A DNA stretch of 61,126 nucleotides from an uncultured Acidobacteriaceae bacterium (GCA_964243455.1 CAXTGN010000001.1:1-61126), one strand, 5' to 3'. Shown: positions 37,813 through 51,187, counted from the stretch's first letter. Notes: generated by a model from the sequence alone, not told the origin. Numbers and translations: made by a program.

Positions 37813-38160
37813 ATGCTTAGAATAATGCTTGAGGACGCAATCAAGGCGGGTGCGACATCGGTTGATTATAAGGCTGATGAAGCGACACCAACGTTGTGGT
37901 TCAGAGTCGATCATAGAAATATTCCTCGAACTGATGTTCCATCGTCTGCGGTAATCCTGGAGCGTCTAGGCTTGCATCAGCCCGCTGGCCATCAGGAAGA
38001 TGGGTTCGTGAGATTTTCGGACACTGGCGATTTAATTGAGTATTGTGCAACGCCAGTCCGCGGCTCTGACGGACAGAGTGTGTGGCATATCGTGTTCCAT
38101 ATGCCAGGCCACCCGCCCGAAGCTGTGGCTCCCAGCTATCGCGCTGAGGTCGTTCTTTAA
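37813..38160 (+). CDS. Stand-alone protein resembling the PilB/GspE N2 domain
   Basis: LEDAIKAGAT...FRVD...QEDGFVRF; GAGGAG RBS. Confidence 0.55.
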   Translation: MLRIMLEDAIKAGATSVDYKADEATPTLWFRVDHRNIPRTDVPSSAVILERLGLHQPAGHQEDGFVRFSDTGDLIEYCATPVRGSDGQSVWHIVFHMPGHPPEAVAPSYRAEVVL

Positions 38161-38210
38161 ACAAGTCCATATCTAGCCAGAGGTCAGGCGATCCAGCAGG
38201 AGATAGAGGA

Positions 38211-38477
38211 ATGATTAAAAGAGTATTTGGTGGAACGGTCAGCTTCTATATCAATCCTGAAGCCGTTGGCTGGGTAACTCATGAAATTACGCATGGAGAC
38301 CCGAAGCACCCCAATCGTGTCAAACGTGATGTTGTGGAAGTGTTTAGCAAAGATGGGATAAAGATTCATAGTCAGGAGTATACTGCATCGGACCACGTAG
38401 AGGCCAAGAAAAATGAAGGTTATGTCGAAGCGGTTCTTACGGCTCTTGGTCTCAAGGAGGAAGCCGGAGGAAAATAG
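38211..38477 (+). CDS. Hypothetical protein
   Basis: Strong RBS; low GC; 88 aa. Confidence 0.65.
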   Translation: MIKRVFGGTVSFYINPEAVGWVTHEITHGDPKHPNRVKRDVVEVFSKDGIKIHSQEYTASDHVEAKKNEGYVEAVLTALGLKEEAGGK

Positions 38478-38554
38478 CTCCGCTGCATGACAATCTGGCC
38501 ATTTATCAGGCTGACAGCGGCGTAAGGCCGACTCTTTCGGGGAAGCGTAAGTCG

Positions 38555-39097
38555 TTGCCATATTATCCGGTTCTCACTCGCACCCTCACCATAGCTCTTG
38601 CTGATGCGCGATACCTTAGCGCGGTCGTCTCTGTTGGCGTCATAAGCTTGTTCATTGTCCCGATCATCCTCGCGGGCGGGTTGGGAGCACCCTTGTTGGC
38701 TCCAATAATATTTGCGGTAGAGCTTCGTATGGCCCTGCCTGCCATACTTGCCTTCGCCGTCGTGGCAGTGACGATGTGCCGGCTAGGTGTGCGGAAGCGG
38801 CGCATCTTCGCCCTGCTCGGCGGCCTCTTTGCTCTTGGCGTGCCAACGGGGTATGCGCTGAGCGGTGGGTTGACGGCAGCCCTCTGTGGCGCGGCGATAG
38901 GTGCCATCATGCCTTTGAGGTTCGTACGGTCTTTGGTGGTCGGAACCGAAGGCTCTCCTGCCGGCGAAGTCCTGGGTCTCCAGAACCCGGCCGGGTGCCA
39001 TAGTTGGGGGCGTCTATGCTGCAGCTATGAGCTACCTGGGATCGAAAGCCGCGTCCGGCGCCTATCAAGCCATCATCGCGCTGATGCCGCCCCATGA
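38555..39097 (+). CDS. Hypothetical membrane protein
   Basis: About four hydrophobic segments; boundaries uncertain. Confidence 0.5.
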   Translation: MPYYPVLTRTLTIALADARYLSAVVSVGVISLFIVPIILAGGLGAPLLAPIIFAVELRMALPAILAFAVVAVTMCRLGVRKRRIFALLGGLFALGVPTGYALSGGLTAALCGAAIGAIMPLRFVRSLVVGTEGSPAGEVLGLQNPAGCHSWGRLCCSYELPGIESRVRRLSSHHRADAAP

Positions 39098-39298
39098 CAC
39101 CTATGTGGCCCAGTGACCGCCAAGCTGTGCATTTTGGCCATTTAAGGCGGATACCCGAAGGGTGGAGACGCCACCGGCGGCTCCGGGAGCAGGGCGCAGC
39201 CCAGCGGGCAGTGGCCCGATCTCTGCCGCGCGGGGGAGACGCCCGGATGCCCTCCCTCGCTCTGGCCCCTTCCGGAACCGTCGCGTAGCGTGCGTGCG

Positions 39299-39766
39299 AT
39301 GCAGGACGTGATTTTCACCATCGGCTATGAGCGAGCTGCGGTCCCGGATTTCCTCTCGACGCTCGCGGCGGCCAGGATCGGCGTCGTGGTGGACGTGCGT
39401 GCGATTGCCCATTCGCGCCGCCCCGGTTTCGCCAAAACGGCGCTCGGCCTGCACCTGGCGGGCGCCGGCATCGGCTACTGGCACCTGCCGGCTCTCGGGA
39501 ACCCCAAGTCGGGCCGTGAAGCCGCCTGGGCGGGCCACGACGCTCTGTTCCGGACCATCTTCCAGGCGCACCTGCGAACGAGCGTTGCTGCCGAAGCCCT
39601 TGGCCAACTCGCGTCGCGCGCCGCCAGGGAACGCATCTGCTTGCTATGCTTGGAAGCGGAGCCGGAACGGTGCCACCGAAGCCTGGTTGCAAAGGCGCTG
39701 CACACGGCGCACGGGGTCGAGGTGCGTCACCTTTTCCCGGCCTTGGCCGATGCCGGCGCCGGCTGA
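39299..39766 (+). CDS. DUF488 family protein
   Basis: IFTIGYE, DVR, SRRPGFAK and CLLCLE.EPERCHR. Confidence 0.92.
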   Translation: MQDVIFTIGYERAAVPDFLSTLAAARIGVVVDVRAIAHSRRPGFAKTALGLHLAGAGIGYWHLPALGNPKSGREAAWAGHDALFRTIFQAHLRTSVAAEALGQLASRAARERICLLCLEAEPERCHRSLVAKALHTAHGVEVRHLFPALADAGAG

Positions 39767-40517
39767 CCCTTTCGAGAAGGTGCTGGTCCTGGTCAAGGCG
39801 GTGCCGCAGCCGTCCAAGACGCACGTCGAGACCGTCTGCTGCGCGGGCGTGACCGGCGGCCGGCTGTGGCGGCGCATGTTCCCGGTCCGCTTCCGGCAGT
39901 TGTCGGGCGGCAACCAGTTCGCCCGCTGGCAGTGGGTCGAGTATCGGCACGGACCACCGAAGGATGACACGCGCAAGGAGAGCCGGCGCGTCTTCGAAGA
40001 CACACTTCGGCCAGGGGAGACCATGCCGGAGCGCGAGCGACCGGGTTTCCTGGCGCCACTGGTATTGGACGGCTTGAGCACCGCGGCAGCGCGCGGGGAC
40101 AGCCTGGCACTGGTGCGACCGGTATCCTCGCGGTTTTACTGCCGCCCGCGCAGCAAGGCGGACATGGACGACGCCCGCGACGCCTACGCGCGCGCGGCGC
40201 GGCAGGACAGCTTCCTCGACCAGGAGTTGGCTGCCTTCGAGCCGCCGCCCTATGACTTCCGGTTCGCGTGCCGCGACGCCGGCGGGCAGCATGACTACCG
40301 CTGCGGCGACTGGGAGACGACGGCCGCCTTTTTCAAGCTCAGGCGCAGCTACGCCGAGGCCGAGGTGCTGGCGCACCTCGCGCATACCTACAATGAGTCC
40401 CGACCGGGACGGGGCTTGGTCATGGCAATGGGCAACATGAAGAAGCGCCCGAACCAGTGGCAGCTTCTGGGCCTGCTGGTCGTGCCGGACGAGCCGCAGC
40501 TCGGACTGCTTCTCTGA
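39750..40517 (+). CDS. DUF488-associated hypothetical protein
   Basis: VKAVPQPSK..ETVCCAG...WRRMFPVRFR and DWE...MGN; overlaps DUF488. Confidence 0.8.
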   Translation: MPAPADPFEKVLVLVKAVPQPSKTHVETVCCAGVTGGRLWRRMFPVRFRQLSGGNQFARWQWVEYRHGPPKDDTRKESRRVFEDTLRPGETMPERERPGFLAPLVLDGLSTAAARGDSLALVRPVSSRFYCRPRSKADMDDARDAYARAARQDSFLDQELAAFEPPPYDFRFACRDAGGQHDYRCGDWETTAAFFKLRRSYAEAEVLAHLAHTYNESRPGRGLVMAMGNMKKRPNQWQLLGLLVVPDEPQLGLLL

Positions 40518-40610
40518 TGCGTGATGGTTGCTTCGCTCTCAGGCACCAAAGGTGACCTTTTAAGGAAGCGTAAGGATGGGGCAACCACGCTGCACCCTTA
40601 CGCTGCCTCA

Positions 40611-41870
40611 TCAGGCGTCCTCCTCGGCCGCCTGGGTGAGGGTGGCGGTCTTTGGATCGTAGATACAGCCTGCAACCGATCCGTCCTGTATTCTTCCGAC
40701 CACCTCGTTGATGACAGGAAGCGGCACGAGGAACCATTCGCGCGGGACCACAGGCTGGCCGAAGCGGTCCTTAACCTCGATGGCCAGCCGAGCCGGCGCA
40801 AAAACGCGATGGATCAGGTGCTCAAGCCGGGTCCGGTTGATGTTGAACAGCTCGTAGGTCGCCACGACCTCTACCTCTGCCATCAGAAAGGTCGGATCAA
40901 GACGGGCGTTGGCGACGCGGCGTGCAACGTCGCCGCCGGTGACGCCTATCTTGTGCAGGACGGTGCGGTGCGCTGCCACTATCGGATGGTCAGATTTGCT
41001 CCGCACGACGTAAACCGTGCCGCTTGCCGCATCACCGTCCGCCGCCCCGTCGCCACCCCCGTCCTCGTCCCCTACCTCCTGCTCGTCCTGACCGGCGAAC
41101 AGCGGCCCGGCGGCTGCCTCCATGATCCGCCGCCCCGTAGGATCCTGCTGAAGAGCCCGCTGTAGAGAGCGCATGAGCAGGTTGCTTTCTGTCCCGTTGT
41201 CGAACACCACACGAAGCCGGCCATCCAGCTTGCCCTGCTCATTTAGGTAAGGATCCTCCATTTCGGCCACGTAGGCTTTTTGGCCGCCCAGGATGTAGAA
41301 CCGGTCCGGCGCGATCTCCGACTTGCGCTCGAACCGCCGGGTTCGCCGCAGACCCGCGCTAAGCTCGTCCTGCACCTGCTCGAACAAGGGCTTGAAGCGG
41401 CGAAAATCCTCGCACGGCTGGCTCTTGGCAATATCCTCCGCCGTTTTCCGCTCCGCAGCGGAGCGGACATGGCGAAGCTCCGTGAGGTCCTCCGGCTCGG
41501 CATTCTCTATGCCGAGCTGCGCCAGTAGAGCGTCATCATCCAGGCCGTCATCGGGCGCACCGGCCGCATCGGCCAGCGCCCGCACCAGCAGCCCCTGATG
41601 GTCCAAAGGCTCAAGCAGCGCGCGGCACTCCTCCTGGCCGCGCAACCGGTCCAAGCGAACGGCATATAAGCGCTCAAAGATGTCCCGGCCCTCGCCATGC
41701 TGCGGGGGGCAGCCGTGCTCCGCGGCAAAGCGTTGGATGTCCTCAAAACCCGCGATGATCCGCTCCTCGCGCACCGACCGCTCTGGCGTCGGCTTCAACT
41801 CGACCTCGACGCCAAGCTCGTCGAGCAGCGCGTCGTCCTCGTCGGTGAACGACGCGGTGGGCCTAGGCAC
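40611..41870 (-). CDS. YeeC-like GIY-YIG/T5orf172 nuclease
   Basis: GTVYVVRS, HKIGVT, LEHLIHRVF and PREWF. Confidence 0.9.
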   Translation of the reverse strand: MPRPTASFTDEDDALLDELGVEVELKPTPERSVREERIIAGFEDIQRFAAEHGCPPQHGEGRDIFERLYAVRLDRLRGQEECRALLEPLDHQGLLVRALADAAGAPDDGLDDDALLAQLGIENAEPEDLTELRHVRSAAERKTAEDIAKSQPCEDFRRFKPLFEQVQDELSAGLRRTRRFERKSEIAPDRFYILGGQKAYVAEMEDPYLNEQGKLDGRLRVVFDNGTESNLLMRSLQRALQQDPTGRRIMEAAAGPLFAGQDEQEVGDEDGGGDGAADGDAASGTVYVVRSKSDHPIVAAHRTVLHKIGVTGGDVARRVANARLDPTFLMAEVEVVATYELFNINRTRLEHLIHRVFAPARLAIEVKDRFGQPVVPREWFLVPLPVINEVVGRIQDGSVAGCIYDPKTATLTQAAEEDA

Positions 41871-43980
41871 GCGCGGCTTCTGCTTTGGCCTCAGCTCTCG
41901 TGCGGGCCAGAAAAGCTACGCCCTCGGCCATGCGCTTCTCCCAGGCGTTTGTGGAAATGATGGAAGGCAGCCTGCCCCGCTCCCGCATGAAGTCACGCGC
42001 CCGCTTGGCAAGCTCCCGCGCTTCCTCCAACGTCATGCTGACCCGCTTGGCCGCGATCACGGCGGCAACCTGCTTCAACCGCTCCTCCGTCATTGCCTTG
42101 GAGTGGATGGCGTAGGCTGGGCCGAACGGGTTGATTCGGTCAATCAAGTCTATGTCCAGGTCGCCCACGGACATGGCGAACCGGCGCACCCCGTCCACGA
42201 ACGCGGTGTTCGGGCTGTCTTCACTTGCGCCAGCCCCGCCCGATGCAGCGCTTGAAGCGCCATCCGCTGGGCCGCCCCTAGCAGCCTCCTTGACCTTCTG
42301 CGTGAGGGTGAGGGCGGCAATGGCGTGCTGGCGCACGGCCTCCTGGTCCGCTTCGTCCAACTCTGGGTACTTGTCCCGGACAATCTTGCCCATGCGGAGC
42401 TGGGTCAGCTCCTCCGGCACCACCTCCTGATCGAACAAGCCGCGCTCCAGCGTTGACTTGTCTTGCACGAAGGCGGCGACCACCTCGTTCAGGTCCTCCT
42501 GGCAGATACGCCGGGCGTCTTCGCTTTTCGGGGCGGCCAAGCCCTTGATCTCGATTTCGAAGCGGCCCTGCGTCCCGTCAAAGCCGATGTTGCAGCCATT
42601 AGGGTCGTAGCCGCCTGGGCCGTAGTCGTAGCCAGGCGTCGGCCCACCCGCCCCGTCACCCGCCGGCGCCTTTGGCCTGAACTCAAAGCGGGGTGCAAGC
42701 ACCTGCTCCATTAGCAGGCTGGCGGCAATCGCCTTCAAGGTGTCGTTCACCGCCTCCGTCACCGCCTGCTCGGACGCATCAGGCTCCGCAATCAGGTTGG
42801 TGAAGCGCGCCCGCGCCTTGCCCGGCGCGTCCCGCGTCGTGCGGCCAATAATCTGCACGATCTCCGTCAGGCTGGAGCGGTAGCCGACCGTCAGCGCGTG
42901 TTCGCACCAAATCCAATCGAAGCCTTCCTTGGCCATGCCCAGCGCGATGATGACGTCCACCCAATCCCGGTTATGCTTCTGCGCCGGATCGCGCAGCGCG
43001 GCGGCCACCCGCTCGCGTTTGGCCGGGTCGTCATCCACTAAGTCGGCGATCCGAAGCACCCGGTCCTCTGCCGTGCGGACCAGTTGAAAGCCGGTGGCTG
43101 CGTCCGTCCCTTGCCACACGCCCAGCGCCTCCATAACGTGTTCGGCTTCTTTAATCTTGTCCTTCGTACTTTCGCGCGAGCCGACGCTGGGGATGTGAAC
43201 GATGCTCTTCTCTCCAGAGTCCAGCACGCGGGGAATACTATCTGCGTAGGGTCCAGCGTAGAAGAAGTACCCGATGTCGAGCTGCTTCAGGTGTTCGTAG
43301 CCGTTGAGCTGCTCCCAATAGGTGTAGGTCACGGTGTTGAACTTGGCCTCGTCCGCCGGGGCCAGCACCGCATCGGCGTCGCCGCGGAAATAGGAGCCGG
43401 TCATGGCCACGATGTGCGCCTGGCTGCGGGCGATAAGACTGCCAAGCTGCTGGCCCAGCTTATTGTCCGGGTTGGCGGAGGCGTGGTGGAACTCGTCCAC
43501 AGCGATCAGCCTTCCGTCGAACGCTTCCACCCCGAACCGGTCCACCACGAAGCGGAACGTGGCATGGGTGCATACCAACGCCTTGTCCTCGCTTTGCAGG
43601 AACACCTTGACGGCGCCGACCTTGCCCCCGTTGTCCCCGCCTGGCGCGTCGCAGAGGTTCCAGCGCGGCTCCACGCGCCAATCCGCCTCGAAGCCGTGCC
43701 GGGTCAGCTCCTCATCGTGAAAGCTGGCGCCGATGGAGCGTTCGGGCACAACGATGATGGCCTGGCGCAGGCCCTGGTGGCGCAGCTTGTCCAGCGCGAT
43801 GAACATCAGCGCCCGGCTTTTGCCGGAGGCGGGAGGGGACTTGATAAGCAGGTACTGCTCGCCCCGCTTTTGATAGGCGCGGGCCTGCATCGGCCTCATG
43901 CCCAAGGCGTCGGTCTTAGCAGACGCGCCGGTGCGGGCGTAGGTGGCGGACACGGACGGGATTGGCTGGGGCGGGGTCAT
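41863..43980 (-). CDS. YeeB-like SF2 helicase
   Basis: PPASGKS, DEFHH, MTGSYFRGD, KEGFDW and QIIGR. Confidence 0.92.
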   Translation of the reverse strand: MTPPQPIPSVSATYARTGASAKTDALGMRPMQARAYQKRGEQYLLIKSPPASGKSRALMFIALDKLRHQGLRQAIIVVPERSIGASFHDEELTRHGFEADWRVEPRWNLCDAPGGDNGGKVGAVKVFLQSEDKALVCTHATFRFVVDRFGVEAFDGRLIAVDEFHHASANPDNKLGQQLGSLIARSQAHIVAMTGSYFRGDADAVLAPADEAKFNTVTYTYWEQLNGYEHLKQLDIGYFFYAGPYADSIPRVLDSGEKSIVHIPSVGSRESTKDKIKEAEHVMEALGVWQGTDAATGFQLVRTAEDRVLRIADLVDDDPAKRERVAAALRDPAQKHNRDWVDVIIALGMAKEGFDWIWCEHALTVGYRSSLTEIVQIIGRTTRDAPGKARARFTNLIAEPDASEQAVTEAVNDTLKAIAASLLMEQVLAPRFEFRPKAPAGDGAGGPTPGYDYGPGGYDPNGCNIGFDGTQGRFEIEIKGLAAPKSEDARRICQEDLNEVVAAFVQDKSTLERGLFDQEVVPEELTQLRMGKIVRDKYPELDEADQEAVRQHAIAALTLTQKVKEAARGGPADGASSAASGGAGASEDSPNTAFVDGVRRFAMSVGDLDIDLIDRINPFGPAYAIHSKAMTEERLKQVAAVIAAKRVSMTLEEARELAKRARDFMRERGRLPSIISTNAWEKRMAEGVAFLARTRAEAKAEAARA

Positions 43981-46730
43981 GCGCGAACCTTGCGAGTGGG
44001 GCGGGCCGGGCGCGCGAAGGTCATCCTCGCGTACATCTCGAACAGCTTTCCCAAGCGTTCTGTGTCGTTGCGGAAGCGGCGGCCGATGTAGATACCTTCC
44101 AGCACGTCGTCGTTGCGTTTGTGCGCTTCACGCAAGTCGCTCGGCATCCGTTCGGGGTCGTACAGATCAGCGATGGTGGCGGGGAAGTGTGCCTCGCGCG
44201 CCAGGAGAATGCCTTCGGCGCAGCTTGTGAGGTCCGCCTTGTTCGCCTCCGTCAGCGTGGGGCTAGGAAAAGTGTTCCAGCCAAGGGTGTTAGAATAAGA
44301 GTAGTCCGACCGCAAACGACCGCACACCGCAGCGATCCAAGCTAGATGGAGCTTAGATGACAGTATTGCCAAGCACCACAGAGGGGGTTCGCTCATGTAA
44401 AAAGCTTTATTGGTTGGAATCACATTATCGTCCACCAATCCAACGGAAAGAAATTCACGAGCTTCCGAGGAAACGATTGGAATGAATGCCTTTCTTTGCT
44501 CTTGGCCTTTGCGCTCACGAAATTGATGTGACCTGCCAGCCAACTTATTTACGGCAACATCGTCTGTCGCTAGACGATCTGCACAGACCGCCTCGATGCG
44601 CCGCCGAACCTCCACATGCTTGCCGGCAACCGATAGATCACCGTCGCCAAGCCAGAGGCATAAACGCTCCACACCATTGATGAACTCTTTTGAACCGAGA
44701 AAACGTCTCACCAGATTGGCAGGCAACCCATCACTTATAAGTCCTCGGGCCTCTGTTGGCGTCAATATCAGCCCTGCCGACTTAGAGTAATAAACGCCAT
44801 AATCCATTTGAGCCTTGATGAACAGAGGCTGGCGGGACGAAGAAACGAAACTTATGTCATGTTCGGTAAGATATGGGTTGATGTTTTCTACACTTCTCTT
44901 GTCATCTCCCTCTATAATATGTCGCTGCCCGAGGCTATGGGAGTCCACGCCAACAATGACGACCGTGACGCCAGCGCGATCCTTCGCAAGGTTCGACCAG
45001 ATAAAAGATATATGTGCAAACCGAACCCTGAATCCAAGATTTTGGAGTATGCCCCATGTGATCGGAACCTGCTGCCCCTGGCAGAGACTGTTTGTTGCAA
45101 CAAAAGCAAATGGCGCGTGGCATTTCAGATTGTACTGAGCCGCCTTAACCAGCCACGCGCCAACATAGTCGGCGTTTTTCCAGCTTGCGGTGAGCGGAGA
45201 AAAGACTGTCTCTAAATCTCTTTTCTGGGCATAGGTCTGCTTGCGCGTACCTGTGAATGGAGGATTCCCGCATATGTAGGTCTCCCCGCCAGCGTTCTCA
45301 AAATCAATCTGAGCCTGGTCCAGCGGCGTGTGGAACAGGTCCTCGGCATGAAGCTTCACCCCCGTTCCAGTAGGCGGACAGATGCTCAGCCAATCCAGCC
45401 GCAGCGCGTTGCCACAGGTGATCCAGTTCTGCGCGTCTAGTGGCAGGAACTCGGCCAGCGCCTCCTTTTGCCCGCGGTGCAGCACATCGCACTGGAACTC
45501 CGCGATGATGAGCGCCAGCCGTGCGATCTCCGCCGGGAAGTGCTTGATCTCGATTCCGCGGAAGTTGGTCAGTGGTATGATGGACTTGTGGCCCCGTTCG
45601 TCCCGGCGGGTGTTGATCTCCGCCTCGATCCCCCGCATTTCCTTGTAGGCGATGACCAGGAAGTTGCCTGACCCGCACGCCGGGTCGAACACCCGGATGC
45701 GGGACATGCGGTTACGGAGGTTCAGCAGCTTGCGCCCGTTGCCTCCGGCCTCCGCCAGCTTGGCACGCAGGTCGTCCAGGAACAGGGGATTCAGCACCTT
45801 CAGGATGTTGGGCACGCTGGTATAGTGCATCCCCAGCGCGCCGCGCTCCTCGTCCTCCGCCACGGCCTGGATCATGGAGCCGAAGATGTCCGGGTTGATG
45901 CGTGTCCAGTCCAGCCCGCCGATGTGCAGCAGGTAGGCGCGGGCGATGCGGCTGAAGCGCGGCGCTTCGGGGCTGCCAGAGAACAGCCCGCCGTTGACGT
46001 AAGGGAGGGCGTCGGCCCAACGCGGCAACTCCGCCCCGGCACGGTCCGCGGTGGAGGTGTTCATGGCCCGGAACAGCTCGCCGATTACCTCGTGCGTGTT
46101 GGCACTGTCCTTGGCGGACATTTGCGCCACGGTACCGGTGAACAGGCTTTCGCCCAGGAAGATGCCGGTGCGCTCGGCGAAGAAGCAAAAGATCAGCCGG
46201 GCCATGAAGTGGTTCATGTCTGGCCGGCGCGCGGCCGTACCCCAATCCGGGTTGTCCTTCAGCAGTTCGACATACAGCCGGTTCAGGCGCCCAGTGGCGC
46301 GGATGTCGAACGCGCTTTCCCGTATCTGCTTGACGGTGGTAATGCCGGCCAGCGGCAGGAAAAAGCCGAAGTGGTCGGGGAAGTCCTCGTAGGCGCAGGC
46401 TACGGTTTCGCCGCCGGCGAGGTCCTCGGCTTCCAGCGTGTCGCCATCGGTGGCCAGAATGAATTTCGCCTTAGCCCGGGCCGTAGCCTGGCTGGCCCTG
46501 AGCGCAGCCAGGGTGGCCGTCATCTCGCCTGGGGGCGACACGGCGATGTGGATGTTGCTGGGTTGCAGGACCCCGTCCACATCAGACCTGTTGGACCCGC
46601 CTCGGCGCAGGCGCTTGAGGGTAGTTTCCTTGTTGCCAAAGGCTTGCAGGAAGGCGAACGGGAACTCGGCGGGGTCAAAGGGCTGTTCGAACAGGGCAGT
46701 GACGGCCTGCTCAACCTCGACAGCGTTCAT
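43977..46730 (-). CDS. YeeA/MmeI-like N6-adenine DNA methyltransferase
   Basis: HYTS, FDPACGSGNFL, GNPPF, YSNTLGWNTFP and a YeeA-type N-terminus. Confidence 0.93.
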   Translation of the reverse strand: MNAVEVEQAVTALFEQPFDPAEFPFAFLQAFGNKETTLKRLRRGGSNRSDVDGVLQPSNIHIAVSPPGEMTATLAALRASQATARAKAKFILATDGDTLEAEDLAGGETVACAYEDFPDHFGFFLPLAGITTVKQIRESAFDIRATGRLNRLYVELLKDNPDWGTAARRPDMNHFMARLIFCFFAERTGIFLGESLFTGTVAQMSAKDSANTHEVIGELFRAMNTSTADRAGAELPRWADALPYVNGGLFSGSPEAPRFSRIARAYLLHIGGLDWTRINPDIFGSMIQAVAEDEERGALGMHYTSVPNILKVLNPLFLDDLRAKLAEAGGNGRKLLNLRNRMSRIRVFDPACGSGNFLVIAYKEMRGIEAEINTRRDERGHKSIIPLTNFRGIEIKHFPAEIARLALIIAEFQCDVLHRGQKEALAEFLPLDAQNWITCGNALRLDWLSICPPTGTGVKLHAEDLFHTPLDQAQIDFENAGGETYICGNPPFTGTRKQTYAQKRDLETVFSPLTASWKNADYVGAWLVKAAQYNLKCHAPFAFVATNSLCQGQQVPITWGILQNLGFRVRFAHISFIWSNLAKDRAGVTVVIVGVDSHSLGQRHIIEGDDKRSVENINPYLTEHDISFVSSSRQPLFIKAQMDYGVYYSKSAGLILTPTEARGLISDGLPANLVRRFLGSKEFINGVERLCLWLGDGDLSVAGKHVEVRRRIEAVCADRLATDDVAVNKLAGRSHQFRERKGQEQRKAFIPIVSSEAREFLSVGLVDDNVIPTNKAFYMSEPPLWCLAILSSKLHLAWIAAVCGRLRSDYSYSNTLGWNTFPSPTLTEANKADLTSCAEGILLAREAHFPATIADLYDPERMPSDLREAHKRNDDVLEGIYIGRRFRNDTERLGKLFEMYARMTFARPARPTRKVRA

Positions 46731-46862
46731 GGCCGGCAGCGTTCTTGAAGAGCGATTCTTGGGGCCATCACGCGGCCTTCATGCCCCGTTTCCCTTGCCT
46801 CTGCCATAGCGAACCGGTCTGGCTCTCTGTTGGCGGCGCAGACGATGAACAAGGCGTAGGGG

Positions 46863-47450
46863 TCAGGCTGGCTCCGCCCCGAGCGCCTGGTAGAGCGCGG
46901 TCTTGCTGACCTTCACGCGCACTGCTGCTTCGCGCACGGTCAGGCCCTTGGCAATATGCTCGCGTGCCCGCCGAAGCTTGTCTTCGGTCACGGCCGGCTT
47001 GCGCCCACCCTTGCGCCCCCGCGTCGCCGCGGCAGCCAAGCCGGCACGGGTGCGCTCCTGGATCAGGTCGCGCTCGAACTGGCCCAGCGCCCCGAAGATG
47101 TGGAAGACGAGCCGGCCGCCGGGCGTGGTGGTGTCGATGGCCTCCGTCAGCGACCGAAACCCAACGCCGCGCTTGGCCAGGTCCGTGACGGTTTCGATCA
47201 GGTGCGGCAGCGAACGGCCAAGCCGGTCAAGTTTCCAGACGACCAGCACCTCGCCGTCCCGCACGTAGTCGAGCGCGGCCTGCAGCCCGGCGCGGTCGGC
47301 GCGGGCGCCGGAGGCCCGGTCCTCGAACACCTTGCCGCATCCGGCAACCGCCAGCGCGTCGAGCTGGAGCGAAAGGTTTTGGTCCTGCGTGCTCACCCGC
47401 GCATAGCCAACGTTCGCCAAGGCTGTCCTGTCCGTCTTCCCGTCCGGCAA
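46863..47450 (-). CDS. Serine resolvase/invertase
   Basis: GYARVST, KLDRLGRS, FERDLIQERT and GRKGGR. Confidence 0.95.
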   Translation of the reverse strand: MPDGKTDRTALANVGYARVSTQDQNLSLQLDALAVAGCGKVFEDRASGARADRAGLQAALDYVRDGEVLVVWKLDRLGRSLPHLIETVTDLAKRGVGFRSLTEAIDTTTPGGRLVFHIFGALGQFERDLIQERTRAGLAAAATRGRKGGRKPAVTEDKLRRAREHIAKGLTVREAAVRVKVSKTALYQALGAEPA

Positions 47451-47454
47451 TCAT

Positions 47455-47560
47455 CTTGTCCGTTTTCCCGTGCGAACACCAGAGTTAGCGGACACATTCC
47501 GGGTGGCCGTCCAACGTTCGTTTGCCGGACAAGGCGATGCCGAGACTCGCACCGTGCAAA
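47455..47560. promoter_or_regulatory. Probable res site
   Basis: Repeated GTCC(G)...CGGAC inverted half-sites upstream of the resolvase. Confidence 0.45.
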
Positions 47561-47690
47561 TTCAAGCAATGACGCCTTGGTGGAGGTGTAGCATTGGGTA
47601 TCATGCAGCCAATGCGGTGGGTGAACGGTCCAGGAACATCGGCGCTCCCAGGTTAGGACCTGGGGGGCGCCAGTCGCAACCTCCGCCGCC

Positions 47691-48058
47691 TCAGCCTGCC
47701 TCTATCGTCCGCGCCAGGCATTCGGTGAGATGCTGAGCCTGGAACGGCTTCGCGCAGGCCTTCCAGTGCGGGCGGTTGGACGGCAGGGCGGCTTGCCCGT
47801 AGCCGGTCACGAACAGGAAAGGGATGCCGCGCTCCTCCAGCACGTATGCGACGGGGAAGACCATCTCGCCCGCGACGTTCACGTCCAGCAAGGCCACATC
47901 AACGGCCGCCATCCGGGCGGCGGCCAGCGCCGTCGTCACCCGGGCGAACGGGCCGACGACGATGCAGCCGGCGTCGGCCAGCATGTCCTCGACCAGCATC
48001 GCCACCAGCAACTCGTCCTCCACGACCAGCACGCGCTTGCCGACAAGCTCCGGGTGCG

Positions 48059-48062
<4 letters not shown>
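47691..48062 (-). CDS. Single-domain response regulator (FATGUY/SdrG-MrrA type)
   Basis: VLVVEDE, LLDVN, PFLFVTGYG and KPF; GTGA overlap. Confidence 0.9.
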
Positions 48063-51184
<3,122 letters not shown>

Positions 51185-51187
51185 GCG

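Noticed and set aside
46863-47450. Intact Tn3-family transposon
   Set aside because: No tnpA and no 38-bp terminal IRs were recognised.
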